A stretch of 64,000 bases of DNA, from the NCBI GenBank assembly GCA_000002445.1, contig CP000070.1, positions 1,024,001 through 1,088,000 of the forward strand, in the 5' to 3' direction. Under the pieces are notes generated by a model, which saw nothing but the letters and a program-made list of their open reading frames with translations, did not search any database and had not been told where the DNA came from. Within the stretch, counting starts at the first letter, position 1; each line of letters opens with the position of its first letter. The position numbers and the translations under genes are program-made. Of this stretch, positions 63,537-64,000 are shown in pieces. The DNA is from Trypanosoma brucei (lineage: Eukaryota).

Positions 63537-64000
63537 CTTCCTCTCGTTTTTGTTTTTCCCCCATGGGAAGTTGTGCGTGCTGGGTCATACTTTTGTGTTT
63601 GTATGTTTCTATTTTCTGCGTGTGAGCTGTTTGTCTATGTGGATAGCACTGATCTCGTTTGCACGTGCGGGTTTCAATTCCACTCCCTTCCCCTCCTTTT
63701 TATTTTATTTTCCTTCTTTCATTGACTTGCTCTCCCTTCGTCGCAGCTGAGCATTGCCTGCTTATATGTGCAGAAGGAAGCGGTACGTTCCTCGCTTGTT
63801 TGTTTGTGCCTACGCGTCACGTGACTCAATTTGTTTCTACTCACTCTCTCCCACCTGCGCGTGAACGTGTGAATATGTATATTAATGTGGCTTTATTCTG
63901 CGGTTGCTCCGCAGGCGTCTTACGTTCTGTTGTGTGGGGAAACTCGTGTCATGAACAAAGGGGGATGGGAAGGGGGGGAGGAGGAAAGGAAGTGTCGAAG

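Noticed and set aside
1-64000. CRISPR arrays, rRNA or snoRNA clusters
   Set aside because: No regularly spaced direct repeats with unique spacers and no rRNA-like conserved stretches. Putative C/D-box motifs (TGATGA/CTGA) occur only at chance frequency and not in tandemly repeated units as kinetoplastid snoRNA clusters do.

Overview
This 64-kb window reads as trypanosomatid (Trypanosoma, probably T. brucei-group) nuclear chromosomal DNA, not a prokaryotic locus. All ~19 credible protein-coding genes lie on the + strand, consistent with a single polycistronic transcription unit. There are no introns and no bacterial-style promoters. Genes are separated by polypyrimidine-rich spacers (trans-splicing and polyadenylation signals) that almost always carry a (TA)n microsatellite. 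Products I can recognise from the translations are listed here in gene order along the window. (1) A divergent mitochondrial carrier. (2) A RET1-type terminal uridylyltransferase with a C2H2 finger. (3) A bacterial-type mitochondrial ribosomal protein uL16. (4) A 1649-aa family-A (Pol I-like, POLIC-like) DNA polymerase. (5) A eukaryotic glutathione synthetase. (6) A PP2C phosphatase with a long disordered N-terminus. (7) Two tandemly duplicated small proteins of the SMP-1 / small kinetoplastid calpain-related type. (8) A CSB/ERCC6-like SNF2 ATPase. (9) A DYRK-like CMGC kinase with a ~300-aa insert inside the catalytic domain. Alongside these are about nine hypothetical proteins, of which one is a C-terminal coiled-coil protein of 904 aa and one is coiled-coil along its length (500 aa). 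The gene order matches my unverified recollection of T. brucei chromosome 7 (RET1 ... POLIC, GS, PP2C, SKCRP7.x, CSB). A ~6.7-kb AT-rich, homopolymer- and microsatellite-rich gene-free tract at 16.3-23.0 kb is the most anomalous structural feature. I find no CRISPR array, tRNA/rRNA gene, recognisable retroelement or prokaryote-like defence island. The interesting points are eukaryotic: a motif-C HDE->HDC variant in the polymerase, the kinase insert, the concerted-evolving tandem gene pair, a possible unannotated small TM-protein gene, and the clustering of several kinetoplast-function genes in one PTU.
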